From: an uncultured Flavobacteriales bacterium
GTDB lineage: Bacteria; Pseudomonadota; Alphaproteobacteria; UBA8366; JADFVY01
Assembly: GCA_964347475.1 (NCBI GenBank)
Contig: CAYFYY010000015.1
Location: 877-64,876 of the forward strand
Length of the DNA: 64,000 nt
Direction: 5' to 3'
A model generated the notes under the pieces. The model ran no database searches and had not been told where the DNA came from. It saw only the letters and a list, made by a program, of their open reading frames with translations. A program made the position numbers and the translations under genes. Below are positions 21,964-30,439 of this stretch, piece by piece; position 1 is the stretch's first letter; every line of letters begins with the position of its first letter.

Positions 21964-24279
21964 CTATTGCTTGGACAGGGCCTGGACGGCACGGTTCATG
22001 ACATCCCGGTGCTGCTCGTTGGTGACCCAGCCCGGCGAATTGACCTTGGCCCAGAATGCCGGGTCCGCCATGTTCTGGTGGCAGCCCATGCACAGCCCCG
22101 TGCGCTCCATCTTCTCGCGCATCTGCTGCGGCAGCGGGCCGGTCAGCGGCCAGTGCGAGCCGATGCTGACGAGCTGTTTGCCGTCGCGGGTGACGATCTG
22201 CGACAAATCGTGGTCGAGGCTCGGGATCGCCGGCGACTGCACCTGGGTCTGGCGCGGGATGGTCTGTCCCTGGGCGGTCTCGAGATCAACCACGAAACCC
22301 TTGTCGTAGCCGTTGAGGAACCGCCCGTCCTCGATGCCGTAGCCCAGCGTCTTCGGGTTGTCGTGGCAGCTCTCGCAGGTGCGGGCCTGGCGGCCGGCCG
22401 TGTGCGGCTGCACCGCGGCATGGTCGAGGCCCTTGCCCTCCGGTGTCTTCCAGGTCTCGTTATGGACCACAGTCTTGCCGTCCTTGTCGATGACCGTGGT
22501 GATGACCTGGCAGCCCGGCATCAGCGGGCTGACGCGCCCCTCGCCGTTGATGCCGAGGATCGGCGTCTCCCAGCGCAAGTAGGACCGGGTCTCCGACACC
22601 TTGCCCGGGCCGGTGAGCCCGTTGGTGCCGAGCGCGTTGTCTGCCGTCAGGCCGTCTTCGCCGCGCGAGTTGGCGTTGAGCAGCCAGTCGACGTCGGTCT
22701 TGCCCTCCGAGTAGTCGACGGTGATGTGGCAGCCATAGCATTGCGGTGCCCAGTCGGCATGGCAGGCATAGCACTCCATCGAGTCCATGTGCTGGGCGAT
22801 GCTGCCCATGGCGACACGGCTGTTGATATTCTTCCAGGCATTGTCGGCAGCCAGCTGTTTGAGCACAGGGACCTCGAATTCGAGACCGGCGGCCGAATGC
22901 AGGATCACCTTGTTGCCCCTCTTGACCACGTTGCCGAAGGGGTTTCCGCGGGCGGTCAGCAAATAGCCGTCCTCGGCCTCATACTGCGTGGCGAACGCCA
23001 TGTAGTCCGGGACGTCTTGCGCCAAGCCGCGCGGCGTTTGGGCGATGGCCTGCTGAAACTCCTCGCCGTAGCCGAGCGGCAGCTCCCACGGGTACTGGGC
23101 GACCGAGCCGTGGCAGTCGGCGCACTCGATCTCGACCTGCGCCAGCGTCGTGCCGGGCAGGTTGCCATCGCCGTGCATGTCGATCGAGGTATGGCAGTCC
23201 TGGCACAGCATGCCGCCTTCCGGGTTGCCCGGCCGGCTTTCCTGCGAATGGTGCAGGTCGTCCTTGATGTACAGGTAATTCTTGGTGTGCAGGGCCGGCT
23301 GCTTGCCGCCGCTCGAGTCGTAGGGACTGCCGTACGGGAACTCCATGATGCCCTGGTAGCTGACGCCGATCCGCTTGCCCCGGTTGTGGCAGGAATTGCA
23401 GCTCTCCGTCGGGATGCCGCTGTAGCTGACGTCGCCCACGGTGACTTGCGACTTTTGCGTCGCCTGCATGCGGTGGACCAGCAGCTTGCCCGGCAGCTCC
23501 TTGTCGATCGTCGGGTCGCCGCCCTCGTACTTGCCTTCGTTGGAGTACGGCACGTGACATGCCGAGCAGCCGGTGCCGCGGTAGTCGCCGCGCTTCTCAC
23601 GCCCGGTCACGCCGACATGGCAGCGCTGGCACTGCTGGCGCGAATAGGTGACTCCGGCCATGTTCGGGTGGTCCGGGATCAGGTTCACGTCGACCTCGGG
23701 CGGTTGTTTCATCTCTGTGGGGAACTGGTCCGGATGGGCCGCCGCCATCGCGGTCATGTAGGCCTTGTAGGCGTCGGTGCCGATCGCCGGCGTCTGGCCG
23801 TCATCGTCGGTGATGTTGTAGTTGCCCCACACCGACTTGTAGTCGTCCTGCAACCCCCACGACCAGAAATTGCCCTGCAACTTGCCGGCCTCCGTATTCA
23901 TCAGGGATTTCTGCAGCCGCTCGGCGTAGCCGTCATGACACTGCCCGCAGGTGTTCTTGGCGATCCAGACGCTGCCCGGATCGGGGTAGAACCGCTGCGG
24001 GCCACCGGCCGCCCGCAGGTCCCGGGGGCTACCGCTGTGTGCCGCCTCCGTGGTCGTCGCGGCGGGGTTGCCGCCATGGCAGACGACGCAACCGGCCGGA
24101 TCCCCAACATCGGCGCCCATCGCCTCGATGGTGTCCATCATCGGGCCGTCGCTGAACTTCTCGATGCCCTGGTGGCACGCAAGGCAACCCGATTGCTGGG
24201 CCGGCGCGCCCGTCGCTGTGAACAATGACAGCGCCACGACGACGGGAAGTATCAGGCTCGGACTGACGAGATATCGCAT
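21964..24279 (-). CDS. Periplasmic multiheme cytochrome c (12 CxxCH motifs)
   Basis: 771 aa with a signal peptide. CxxCH motifs: CLACH, CVVCH, CGQCH, CQRCH, CSACH, CNSCH, CQDCH, CADCH, CYACH, CYGCH, CESCH, CMGCH. Confidence 0.85.
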   Translation of the reverse strand: MRYLVSPSLILPVVVALSLFTATGAPAQQSGCLACHQGIEKFSDGPMMDTIEAMGADVGDPAGCVVCHGGNPAATTTEAAHSGSPRDLRAAGGPQRFYPDPGSVWIAKNTCGQCHDGYAERLQKSLMNTEAGKLQGNFWSWGLQDDYKSVWGNYNITDDDGQTPAIGTDAYKAYMTAMAAAHPDQFPTEMKQPPEVDVNLIPDHPNMAGVTYSRQQCQRCHVGVTGREKRGDYRGTGCSACHVPYSNEGKYEGGDPTIDKELPGKLLVHRMQATQKSQVTVGDVSYSGIPTESCNSCHNRGKRIGVSYQGIMEFPYGSPYDSSGGKQPALHTKNYLYIKDDLHHSQESRPGNPEGGMLCQDCHTSIDMHGDGNLPGTTLAQVEIECADCHGSVAQYPWELPLGYGEEFQQAIAQTPRGLAQDVPDYMAFATQYEAEDGYLLTARGNPFGNVVKRGNKVILHSAAGLEFEVPVLKQLAADNAWKNINSRVAMGSIAQHMDSMECYACHADWAPQCYGCHITVDYSEGKTDVDWLLNANSRGEDGLTADNALGTNGLTGPGKVSETRSYLRWETPILGINGEGRVSPLMPGCQVITTVIDKDGKTVVHNETWKTPEGKGLDHAAVQPHTAGRQARTCESCHDNPKTLGYGIEDGRFLNGYDKGFVVDLETAQGQTIPRQTQVQSPAIPSLDHDLSQIVTRDGKQLVSIGSHWPLTGPLPQQMREKMERTGLCMGCHQNMADPAFWAKVNSPGWVTNEQHRDVMNRAVQALSKQ

Positions 24280-24473
24280 CGGTAGCCCCCTGTTACCGGT
24301 GAGAGATGAGACGTGTGATATCCGTGATATTCAACCTTCACACCCGCCAGTGGCGATTGCAAATGAATTCCAGTCCAAATTGCTTCTTTTCGGCGTGGCT
24401 TAGCCAAAAATGGGTATCCGGCCGGGGACCACGGGCATTGTGTTGCGGCCGCGTGGGCCTATATATCGGGCCC

Positions 24474-25604
24474 ATGATCGAACCGGTCTCCGATATCGCG
24501 CCCGGCGCGCGCATCGTCGTCGCCATGTCGGGCGGCGTCGATTCATCGGTCACCGCGGCGCTGCTGGCGGAGGCCGGCTACGACGTCGTCGGCGTCACGC
24601 TGCAGCTGTACGACCACGGCGTGGCGGTCGGCCGCAAGGGCGCGTGCTGCGCCGGCCAGGACATCTACGACGCGCGCATGGTCGCCGACCGGATCGGCAT
24701 TCCCCACTACGTCCTGGATTACGAAAACCGCTTCCGCGACGACGTGATCGAGGACTTCGCTGACTCCTACCTGCGCGGCGAGACGCCGATCCCCTGCGTG
24801 CGCTGCAATCAGACCGTCAAGTTCCGCGACCTGCTGGCCACGGCGCGCGACCTCGGCGCGGCGGCGCTCGCCACCGGGCACTATGTGCGGCGCGTCGACG
24901 GTCCGGCCGGGCCGGAGATGCATCGCGCCCGCGACCCGGACAAGGACCAGAGCTACTTCCTGTTCGCCACGACCGCCGCGCAGCTCGCCTTTCTGCGCTT
25001 CCCGCTCGGCGGGCTCGACAAGGCGGAAACCCGGGCGCTGGCCGAACGGTTCGCCCTGCCGGTGGCCGCCAAGCCCGACAGCCAGGACATCTGCTTCGTG
25101 CCGGACGGCGGCTATGCGCGGATCGTCGAGAAGCTGCGCCCCGGCGCATGCGAGCCGGGCGAGATCGTCGACCTCAATGGACGCGTTCTGGCGCGCCACG
25201 ACGGCATCGTCAACTACACGATTGGGCAACGGCGTGGCCTTGGCATCGGCGGACGCAGCGAATCGACCGAGCCGCTCTACGTGGTGCGGCTGGAGCCTGC
25301 CGCGCACCGTGTCGTCGTCGGCCCGCGCGCGGCGCTGGCCCGCAGCCGTATCACTCTCGGCGAGGTCAACTGGCTGGGCGACGGCAAGCTGCCGCGCGAC
25401 GGGGCGGGGGTCCGGGTCAAGCTGCGCTCGACGATGGCCCCGGTCGCCGCGACGGTGCGGTCCGGCGAAAGCGGCAAGGCGGAGGTGGTTCTCGATGCGC
25501 CCGAATACGGCGTCTCGCCCGGCCAGGCCTGCGTGTTCTACGACGGCACCCGCATGCTGGGCGGCGGCTGGATCCTGCGCGAAGACGCCGCGGCGGCGGC
25601 CTGA
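24474..25604 (+). CDS. mnmA: tRNA 2-thiouridine(34) synthase
   Basis: ATG at 24474 gives [26 protein letters not shown] (PP-loop SGGxDS). [10 protein letters not shown]; 376 aa. Confidence 0.9.
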   Translation: MIEPVSDIAPGARIVVAMSGGVDSSVTAALLAEAGYDVVGVTLQLYDHGVAVGRKGACCAGQDIYDARMVADRIGIPHYVLDYENRFRDDVIEDFADSYLRGETPIPCVRCNQTVKFRDLLATARDLGAAALATGHYVRRVDGPAGPEMHRARDPDKDQSYFLFATTAAQLAFLRFPLGGLDKAETRALAERFALPVAAKPDSQDICFVPDGGYARIVEKLRPGACEPGEIVDLNGRVLARHDGIVNYTIGQRRGLGIGGRSESTEPLYVVRLEPAAHRVVVGPRAALARSRITLGEVNWLGDGKLPRDGAGVRVKLRSTMAPVAATVRSGESGKAEVVLDAPEYGVSPGQACVFYDGTRMLGGGWILREDAAAAA

Positions 25605-25951
25605 GACCCTGCCCGGCGGGCCGGGCGGGCGTCTCCATTCGACGGGAAAATCCGGAAGCCGCCGCTGTGCATCTTGCCGAGATGGCGGGAGCGCCGCCGA
25701 GCGTTCGCGGGCGGTTTAAGCTATGCCGTACCCACATCGCCCTGTCCCAGGACGACCCTGACACACCGCACCGGCACTGCGCTCCCGGTCAGGGGGAGAT
25801 CTGACCCGAATCCCAGGCCGGGCCAACGCGGGTGGACGGCGTTGGCCCGGACATATCGATGCGGGGTGGGCAATCCCGAATCCGCGTTCGCTCGGCGGCC
25901 GGTCGGGCGCGACTGGGGTTTGGGTGAGATCGCGCCCGATCGTCCAGTCGC

Positions 25952-26215
25952 TCAGTTGTCGCCGGGCCCCTGGTCGGGCGTGCCGTCATCGTCGCCGGCA
26001 TCCGCAGCGTCGTCGTCGTTGCCGCCGCCCTGATCCGGCGTGCCGTCATCGTCGGCGGCATCCGGAGCGTCGTCGGCGCCGTTCTTGGCGTACGCGGACT
26101 TCTCGACGAGCATACCGGCGTCCAGGGTCACCGGCGCCGCAACCGCGATCGCAAAGACACCGAGTGCCAGCGCTGCAATCACCGCCTTGAGTAAATCTGT
26201 CGTCCTGTTCGTCAT
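25952..26215 (-). CDS. Small secreted/anchored acidic repeat protein
   Basis: ATG at 26215 gives MTNRTTDLLKAVIAALALGVFAIAVAAP, then an Asp-rich tail with DAADDDGTPDQG twice. The underlying DNA is a tandem repeat. Confidence 0.45.
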   Translation of the reverse strand: MTNRTTDLLKAVIAALALGVFAIAVAAPVTLDAGMLVEKSAYAKNGADDAPDAADDDGTPDQGGGNDDDAADAGDDDGTPDQGPGDN

Positions 26216-26490
26216 GGTTTTACCCTCTCTATTGCACGTTCCCGGCATAACCCGGCTCTGAAATCCCGGGACTGCCGACTTGGCTTCAAGCAAAGCCGGG
26301 CTGGATCATGCCCCGTTACAGGGCGGCAGCGTAATGGGCGGAAGACGGAAGTGGTCGATGTTTGAAGTCCCATTGGAACCCGACCCTGGGCGGGGGCCGA
26401 AAGTGCGATTCGCATCGGACCTTGGTCGGACTTGTCATGCACGCTCCGCCGTCGGTACTCTTGCGCATTAACGATTTGGGATTAAATGCA

Positions 26491-27921
26491 ATGACTCTCC
26501 TGCCGGGGAAATTTCATCGGCAGCTCAGTCTGGCCCAGCAATACATGCTGGCGAGCTTCGTGATCCTCATCTGCTGCACGATCGGCATCGGCTGGTGGAT
26601 CGGCCACGAGATCGAGGCCGGCGTCATCAACGAGACGTCAACGACCACCGCCCTCTACATGAACAGCTTCGTCGCGCCCCTGGTGCAGGATCTCGCCGAG
26701 GGCGACGAGATCGCTGAGGACAATGTCGCCCGGCTGGATGCGCTGATCAAGGAGACGCCGCTCGGCCGCTACGTCCTGTCGTTCAAGATCTGGAATAGGG
26801 AGGGGCGTGTCGTCTACAGCAACAACAGGGACGTCATCGGCAAGGTCTTCGACATGGGCGGGAACGCCCAGCGCGCCTGGAACGGCACGGTGGCGACGGA
26901 GGTCTCCAGCCTCGGCGACGACGAACATGCCGGCGAGCAGCAGTACGGCGACCGCCTTCTGGAGACCTACAGCCCGATCTGGCGTGAGGACAGCGACGAG
27001 ATCATTGCGGTCGCGGAATTCTACCAGACCGTCGCGCATCTCGACGCCCGGATCCTGAGGACGCGTTTGTACGGCTGGATAACCCTCGGCGCGGCGGCGC
27101 TCATCGTCTATATCGTCCTCGCCGGCATCGTACGTCGCGGCAGCGACACCATCGTCCGCCAGCAGCGCGAGCTGAGCGAGAAGGTCCGGCAGCTGACGGA
27201 CCTCCTGGCGCAGAACCGGCGGCTCAGCGAACGGGTCCGCCGCGCCGCCAGCGGCACGACGGCCCGCAACGAATATGTCCTGCGACGGATCAGCGCCGAG
27301 CTGCACGACGGTCCGGCGCAGGCGCTGGGGCTGGCGGTGCTGCGCCTGGACGCGGTGATGGAGCACACCTCGGGCTGCGACTGCGACAAGCGCACCCTGC
27401 GCCAGGCGAACGAAGATCTGATCACGATCCAGAGCTCCGTGCACGATGCCCTTTCCGAGATCCGCAAGCTCTCGACGGGGCTGATCCTGCCGGAGCTCGA
27501 CGAACTGACCCTGCACGAGACGCTCGCCCGCGTCATTCGCGGTCACGAGCTGCGGTCCAACACCAAGGTCGCCCTCGAGGTCGCCGGCCTGCCCGACGAT
27601 GCGAGCCTGCCCGTCAAGATCACGATCTATCGGGTCGTGCAGGAGGCGCTGAACAATGCCTACCGGCACGCTGGCGGCAAGGACCAGCGGGTCCAGGTCG
27701 GCCACGCGCTTGGCCGGCTGATCGTCGATGTGGTAGATGACGGCCCCGGCTTCGATCCCGCCAACCCGCTGATCCAGAACGGCCATCTTGGACTTGAGGG
27801 CATGCGCCAGCGGGTCGAGAGCATGGGCGGGACGTTCGAGATCGACGCTGCGCCCGGGCGCGGCACGCGCATTCACGCGGAGTTGCCGGAGCAGCCGGCC
27901 GAGCACGACTATGTCAACTGA
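26491..27921 (+). CDS. Sensor histidine kinase (HisKA_3 / NarX-like class)
   Basis: Two N-terminal TM segments flank a periplasmic domain. H-box ISAELHDGPAQAL; N/G boxes QEALNNAYRHA and DDGPGF. Confidence 0.8.
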   Translation: MTLLPGKFHRQLSLAQQYMLASFVILICCTIGIGWWIGHEIEAGVINETSTTTALYMNSFVAPLVQDLAEGDEIAEDNVARLDALIKETPLGRYVLSFKIWNREGRVVYSNNRDVIGKVFDMGGNAQRAWNGTVATEVSSLGDDEHAGEQQYGDRLLETYSPIWREDSDEIIAVAEFYQTVAHLDARILRTRLYGWITLGAAALIVYIVLAGIVRRGSDTIVRQQRELSEKVRQLTDLLAQNRRLSERVRRAASGTTARNEYVLRRISAELHDGPAQALGLAVLRLDAVMEHTSGCDCDKRTLRQANEDLITIQSSVHDALSEIRKLSTGLILPELDELTLHETLARVIRGHELRSNTKVALEVAGLPDDASLPVKITIYRVVQEALNNAYRHAGGKDQRVQVGHALGRLIVDVVDDGPGFDPANPLIQNGHLGLEGMRQRVESMGGTFEIDAAPGRGTRIHAELPEQPAEHDYVN

Positions 27922-28573
27922 GAAGATCCGCATCGTCGTCGTCGACGACCACCCGCTGTTCCGCGAGGGCGTCGCCACCACCCTGTCCAGCTATCCCGAT
28001 CTCCAGGTGGTAGGTGAGGGGGCCTCGGCCGAGGAGACGCTGCGCCTGGCCCGCGATCTGCTGCCCGACGTGCTGCTGCTCGACGTCAGCATGCCCGGCG
28101 GCGGGGTCGCCGCGGCGCGCGCCGTCGCCGCTGCCTACCCGGTGATCCGCATTATCATGCTGACCGTCTCGGAACATGAGGAGGACGTGCTGCGATCGCT
28201 CAAGGCCGGCGCGCGCGGCTATATCCTGAAAGGCGTGACGGCGCGCGAACTGGTCAATATCGTGCGCGCGGTGCATGCCGGCGAATCCTATGTGACGCCC
28301 AATCTCGCCGCGAGCCTGCTGGCGGACTTCCGGGATGAGGGCAGCGACGCCTCGAGCGAGGACGGGCCACTCGACGAGCTGACGGTGCGCGAGCGGCAAA
28401 TCCTCGAGCTGCTGGCGACCGGCCGCAGCAACAAGGAAATCGCCCGCAGCCTCGAGCTTGCGGAGAAGACCGTAAAGCACTACGTGACCAACATCCTCGA
28501 GAAGCTGCAGGTGCGCAACCGCGTCGAGGCGGCGGTGCTGGCGCAGCGGGTGACCCGGGACCGCACCGGTTGA
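27911..28573 (+). CDS. Response regulator, NarL/FixJ (LuxR HTH) family
   Basis: IRIVVVDDHPLFREG receiver domain, and a C-terminal LTVRERQILELLATGRSNKEIA LuxR-type HTH. Overlaps the kinase stop by 11 nt. Confidence 0.9.
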   Translation: MSTEKIRIVVVDDHPLFREGVATTLSSYPDLQVVGEGASAEETLRLARDLLPDVLLLDVSMPGGGVAAARAVAAAYPVIRIIMLTVSEHEEDVLRSLKAGARGYILKGVTARELVNIVRAVHAGESYVTPNLAASLLADFRDEGSDASSEDGPLDELTVRERQILELLATGRSNKEIARSLELAEKTVKHYVTNILEKLQVRNRVEAAVLAQRVTRDRTG

Positions 28574-28612
28574 TCCGGCGGCCGAACGGTCGCGACACGG
28601 CCGGGCGCGCAC

Positions 28613-28642
28613 TTGACAGGAGCAAGGATCAGGCCGTATAGC
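28613..28642 (+). promoter_or_regulatory. Sigma70-like promoter candidate for tRNA-Met
   Basis: TTGACA (28613-28618), an 18 nt spacer, then TATAGC (28637-28642), 15 nt upstream of the tRNA 5' end. Confidence 0.4.
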
Positions 28643-28656
28643 GTCCCGGCTTCCGC

Positions 28657-28733
28657 GGCGGAGTAGCTCAGCTGGTTAGAGCAGCGGAATCATAATCCGC
28701 GTGTCGGGGGTTCGAGTCCCTCCTCCGCTACCA
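28657..28733 (+). tRNA. tRNA-Met (anticodon CAU), elongator-like, CCA encoded
   Basis: Hand-folded cloverleaf. Acceptor GGCGGAG/CTCCGCT, D-arm GCTC-AGCTGGTTA-GAGC, anticodon stem GCGGA/TCCGC with loop ATCATAA (CAT at 28691-28693), T-arm GGGGG-TTCGAGT-CCCTC, ending ACCA. An Ile2 (lysidine) identity cannot be excluded from sequence alone. Confidence 0.9.
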
Positions 28734-28741
28734 ACAAAAAG

Positions 28742-28780
28742 GCCCGTTATGTCAATGGCATAACGGGCTTTCTCTTTGTG
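28742..28780 (+). terminator. Rho-independent terminator after tRNA-Met
   Basis: GCCCGTTATG-tcaatgg-CATAACGGGC followed by TTTCTCTTTGTG. Confidence 0.6.
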
Positions 28781-29345
28781 TGAAAGACGGCATTTGGACG
28801 GTTTCATGTTGCATTTTGTTGCAATGCCTTTGCGTTGATATCCAACGATTTCCAATCGGGCGCGGCGACTCCGTGCGACAAGGATGCAACAAAAACGCTG
28901 CCGGCGCTGGCGACTCACTGGCGAAATTCGAATCGCCGTTGCATGTGGGCGAAGCGGCACGGGTTACGGAGTTTCCAGAAGTCCCGACCACGGGCTACAC
29001 TAGGGTACAAATGCGCCCGGGCGGATCACCGTTCGTCCAGACATTTCCGCTAAGCGACCTGCCGTTGCCAGCCGCGCACGGGGCTTGACGGCAGTGTACA
29101 TAGGACTCATGCTCTCCCGCTAATCGGAGAAGATGCGCCCGGATGGATCACCCGCCCGGGCGTTTCCATTGCGCGAACGCCGTTTGCCAGAGTCACCGAA
29201 TGTGATGTTTCGCCGCCGCCGGTGGCTTCGCGTCGCAGCTGGCCGCGGTGCCGATCAATGTTGCCGCAGTCTCAAAACGGATCGTCCCCGAAGTCGAAAT
29301 TCCGACTTCGGAGCCGGCCGGCATGCCTTTTGGAAGGGAAATATC

Positions 29346-29555
29346 ATGAAGCTTGCCGACGATGTGTTGTCGGGCGTCGCGGCCATCTCCGAATTCACAG
29401 GGGATCCGATGCGGCGGACGTATCACCTCCTCGAAACTGGCCAGTTGCCGGCGTTCAAATTGGGCGGTCGTTGGATTGCCCGGAAATCGAGCATCCTGAA
29501 GCACTTTGAAAAGCTTGAGGAAGGGCAGGACGCCCGCGGCGCCGGGGCGGACTGA
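29346..29555 (+). CDS. Small helix-turn-helix DNA-binding protein (AlpA/excisionase-like)
   Basis: ATG at 29346 behind GGAAGGGA. 69 aa: MKLADDVLSGVAAISEFTGDPMRRTYHLLETGQLPAFKLGGRWIARKSSILKHFEKLE. This is the typical excisionase/AlpA-type winged HTH pattern (...G.LPA.K.GGRW...). Confidence 0.6.
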   Translation: MKLADDVLSGVAAISEFTGDPMRRTYHLLETGQLPAFKLGGRWIARKSSILKHFEKLEEGQDARGAGAD

Positions 29556-29556
29556 G

Positions 29557-29793
29557 ATGGTGTATCGAACACCGCCGGCGGAGCGGAGTGCGCTCGAGAT
29601 CAGGCGCACCGATTTGGACCTGGACCTGACGCGTCTGGGCAATATCGTGCTGCGCCGGCACCGCGAAGTCCGGCAGTCGCGGGGCCGTATTAAGGTGCAG
29701 CGCGTGGAGGAGACACCGCTGGGCCAATGTCTGCCGTCGCCGCAATGGCCGCCGGCAGGTGAAGGGCCGTTGGCGGGGGAGTTGGGGGCATAA
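29557..29793 (+). CDS. Possible small ORF coupled to the HTH gene (unknown; may be a gene remnant)
   Basis: ATG sits 1 nt after the HTH stop (TGAGATG). 78 aa, and its stop lies 1 nt before the first CTGCTAC repeat. No motif recognised; composition is Arg/Pro-rich. Confidence 0.25.
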   Translation: MVYRTPPAERSALEIRRTDLDLDLTRLGNIVLRRHREVRQSRGRIKVQRVEETPLGQCLPSPQWPPAGEGPLAGELGA

Positions 29794-29794
29794 A

Positions 29795-30061
29795 CTGCTA
29801 CGCTGCTACCGAGCTGCTACGCCGTCTGTAGCAGCCAAGTCACGGAAACTCTTGGGAAATATGTGAACTGCTACGCTGCTACGCGTCAAAACACGACTCA
29901 CACGCGCGCGTGAGTCACTGCGTAGCAGTTGCCGAATCCGTAGCAGTTCATGGTTTTCTTAATAGAATCAGTGAACTGGCTGCTACAAAACCTGCTACAG
30001 GCTGCTACGCGCCGACGCTGGTCGGTGAATTGTCACTCTAAATCAGGGAGATAACTGCTAC
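29795..30061. repeat. Iteron-like array: 12 copies of CTGCTAC (9 direct, 3 inverted)
   Basis: CTGCTAC at 29795, 29803, 29814, 29868, 29876, 29980, 29992, 30002 and 30055. GTAGCAG at 29828, 29922 and 29940. Inverted repeat GACTCAC-N8-GTGAGTC at about 29895-29916. AT-rich stretch TTTTCTTAATAGAATCA at about 29954-29970. Confidence 0.85.
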
Positions 30062-30168
30062 GCCACGGCGAAACGAGGGATGAAGGGGATGCACACGAAC
30101 AGAAACAGGGCGGACGGGGTCAACTGGAATGTGCGGCTGTAACCTGATCAGGGCAGACCTCGAGGACG

Positions 30169-30385
30169 GCGCGGGTCCTTCCCGGCCCATGGTCGTTTGC
30201 GGGTACGGCGCGGCGCGGGATGTCGCCAGTGTAGGGGTTCGAGATTCCGGTTAAAGGTGCGGTTAAACCGGTTAAGTCGCGACGCCGAGCGCCGCGGAAC
30301 ACGGCGACGCACGGGTGGACCGCACGGCATCCCTACTAATCTCGCCGATAGCCTCGATGTTCTGTGTCCGTCACGCGAGGAGAAA
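30169..30385. repeat. Copy A of a roughly 220 bp imperfect direct repeat (partner at 42184-42409)
   Basis: Shared blocks: GCGCGGGTCCTTCCCGGCC, TTGCGGGTACGGCGCGG, TGTCGCCAGTGT, TTCGA.ATTCCGGTTAAAGG..CGGTTAAAC.GGTTAA, and CTCGATGTTCTGT. Three GGTTAA hexamers at 30249, 30261 and 30270. Confidence 0.75.
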
Positions 30386-30439
30386 TCTGACCCTGGTTGG
30401 AGAAATCACGGTGATCGCGCATGCGCTTTTGGTGTGGCG

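Noticed and set aside
21859-24228. A 789-aa ORF on the plus strand, the longest ORF in this part of the track.
   Set aside because: It is exactly antisense to the multiheme cytochrome gene. Its product is Ala/Arg/Gly/Val-rich low-information sequence with no motif, whereas the minus-strand frame carries a signal peptide and 12 CxxCH sites. This is a typical high-GC antisense artefact. The same reasoning applies to 433..1500(-), 1353..2642(-), 3441..4439(-), 19352..21028(+), 35332..36603(+), 37702..39249(+), 44711..46477(+), 52336..54213(-), 58201..60024(-), 62575..63795(+) and similar.
28780-29345. Several 60-100 aa ORFs on both strands directly after tRNA-Met, checked as candidate integrase, toxin or antitoxin genes.
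   Set aside because: The ORFs overlap each other on both strands, lack RBSs, have odd composition (Cys/Arg-rich), and show no integrase (R..HxxR..Y) or toxin-antitoxin motifs. The region does contain short direct repeats (ATGCGCCCGG.(C/T)GGATCACC at about 29011 and 29133), but I could not assign meaning to them.
29795-30061. Whether the CTGCTAC array could be a CRISPR array or a minisatellite.
   Set aside because: The units are only 7-9 nt, occur in both orientations, have irregular spacing (8-106 bp), and lack repeat-spacer periodicity or cas genes. This is not CRISPR. I report it as an iteron-like protein-binding array instead.
30249-30275. GGTTAA/TTAA clusters in both repeat copies as CtrA boxes (TTAA-N7-TTAA).
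   Set aside because: Spacing between successive TTAA cores is 8, 5 (copy A) and 8, 5, 9 nt (copy B), not the N7 required for the canonical CtrA half-site arrangement. I kept it only as an unexplained hexamer cluster.
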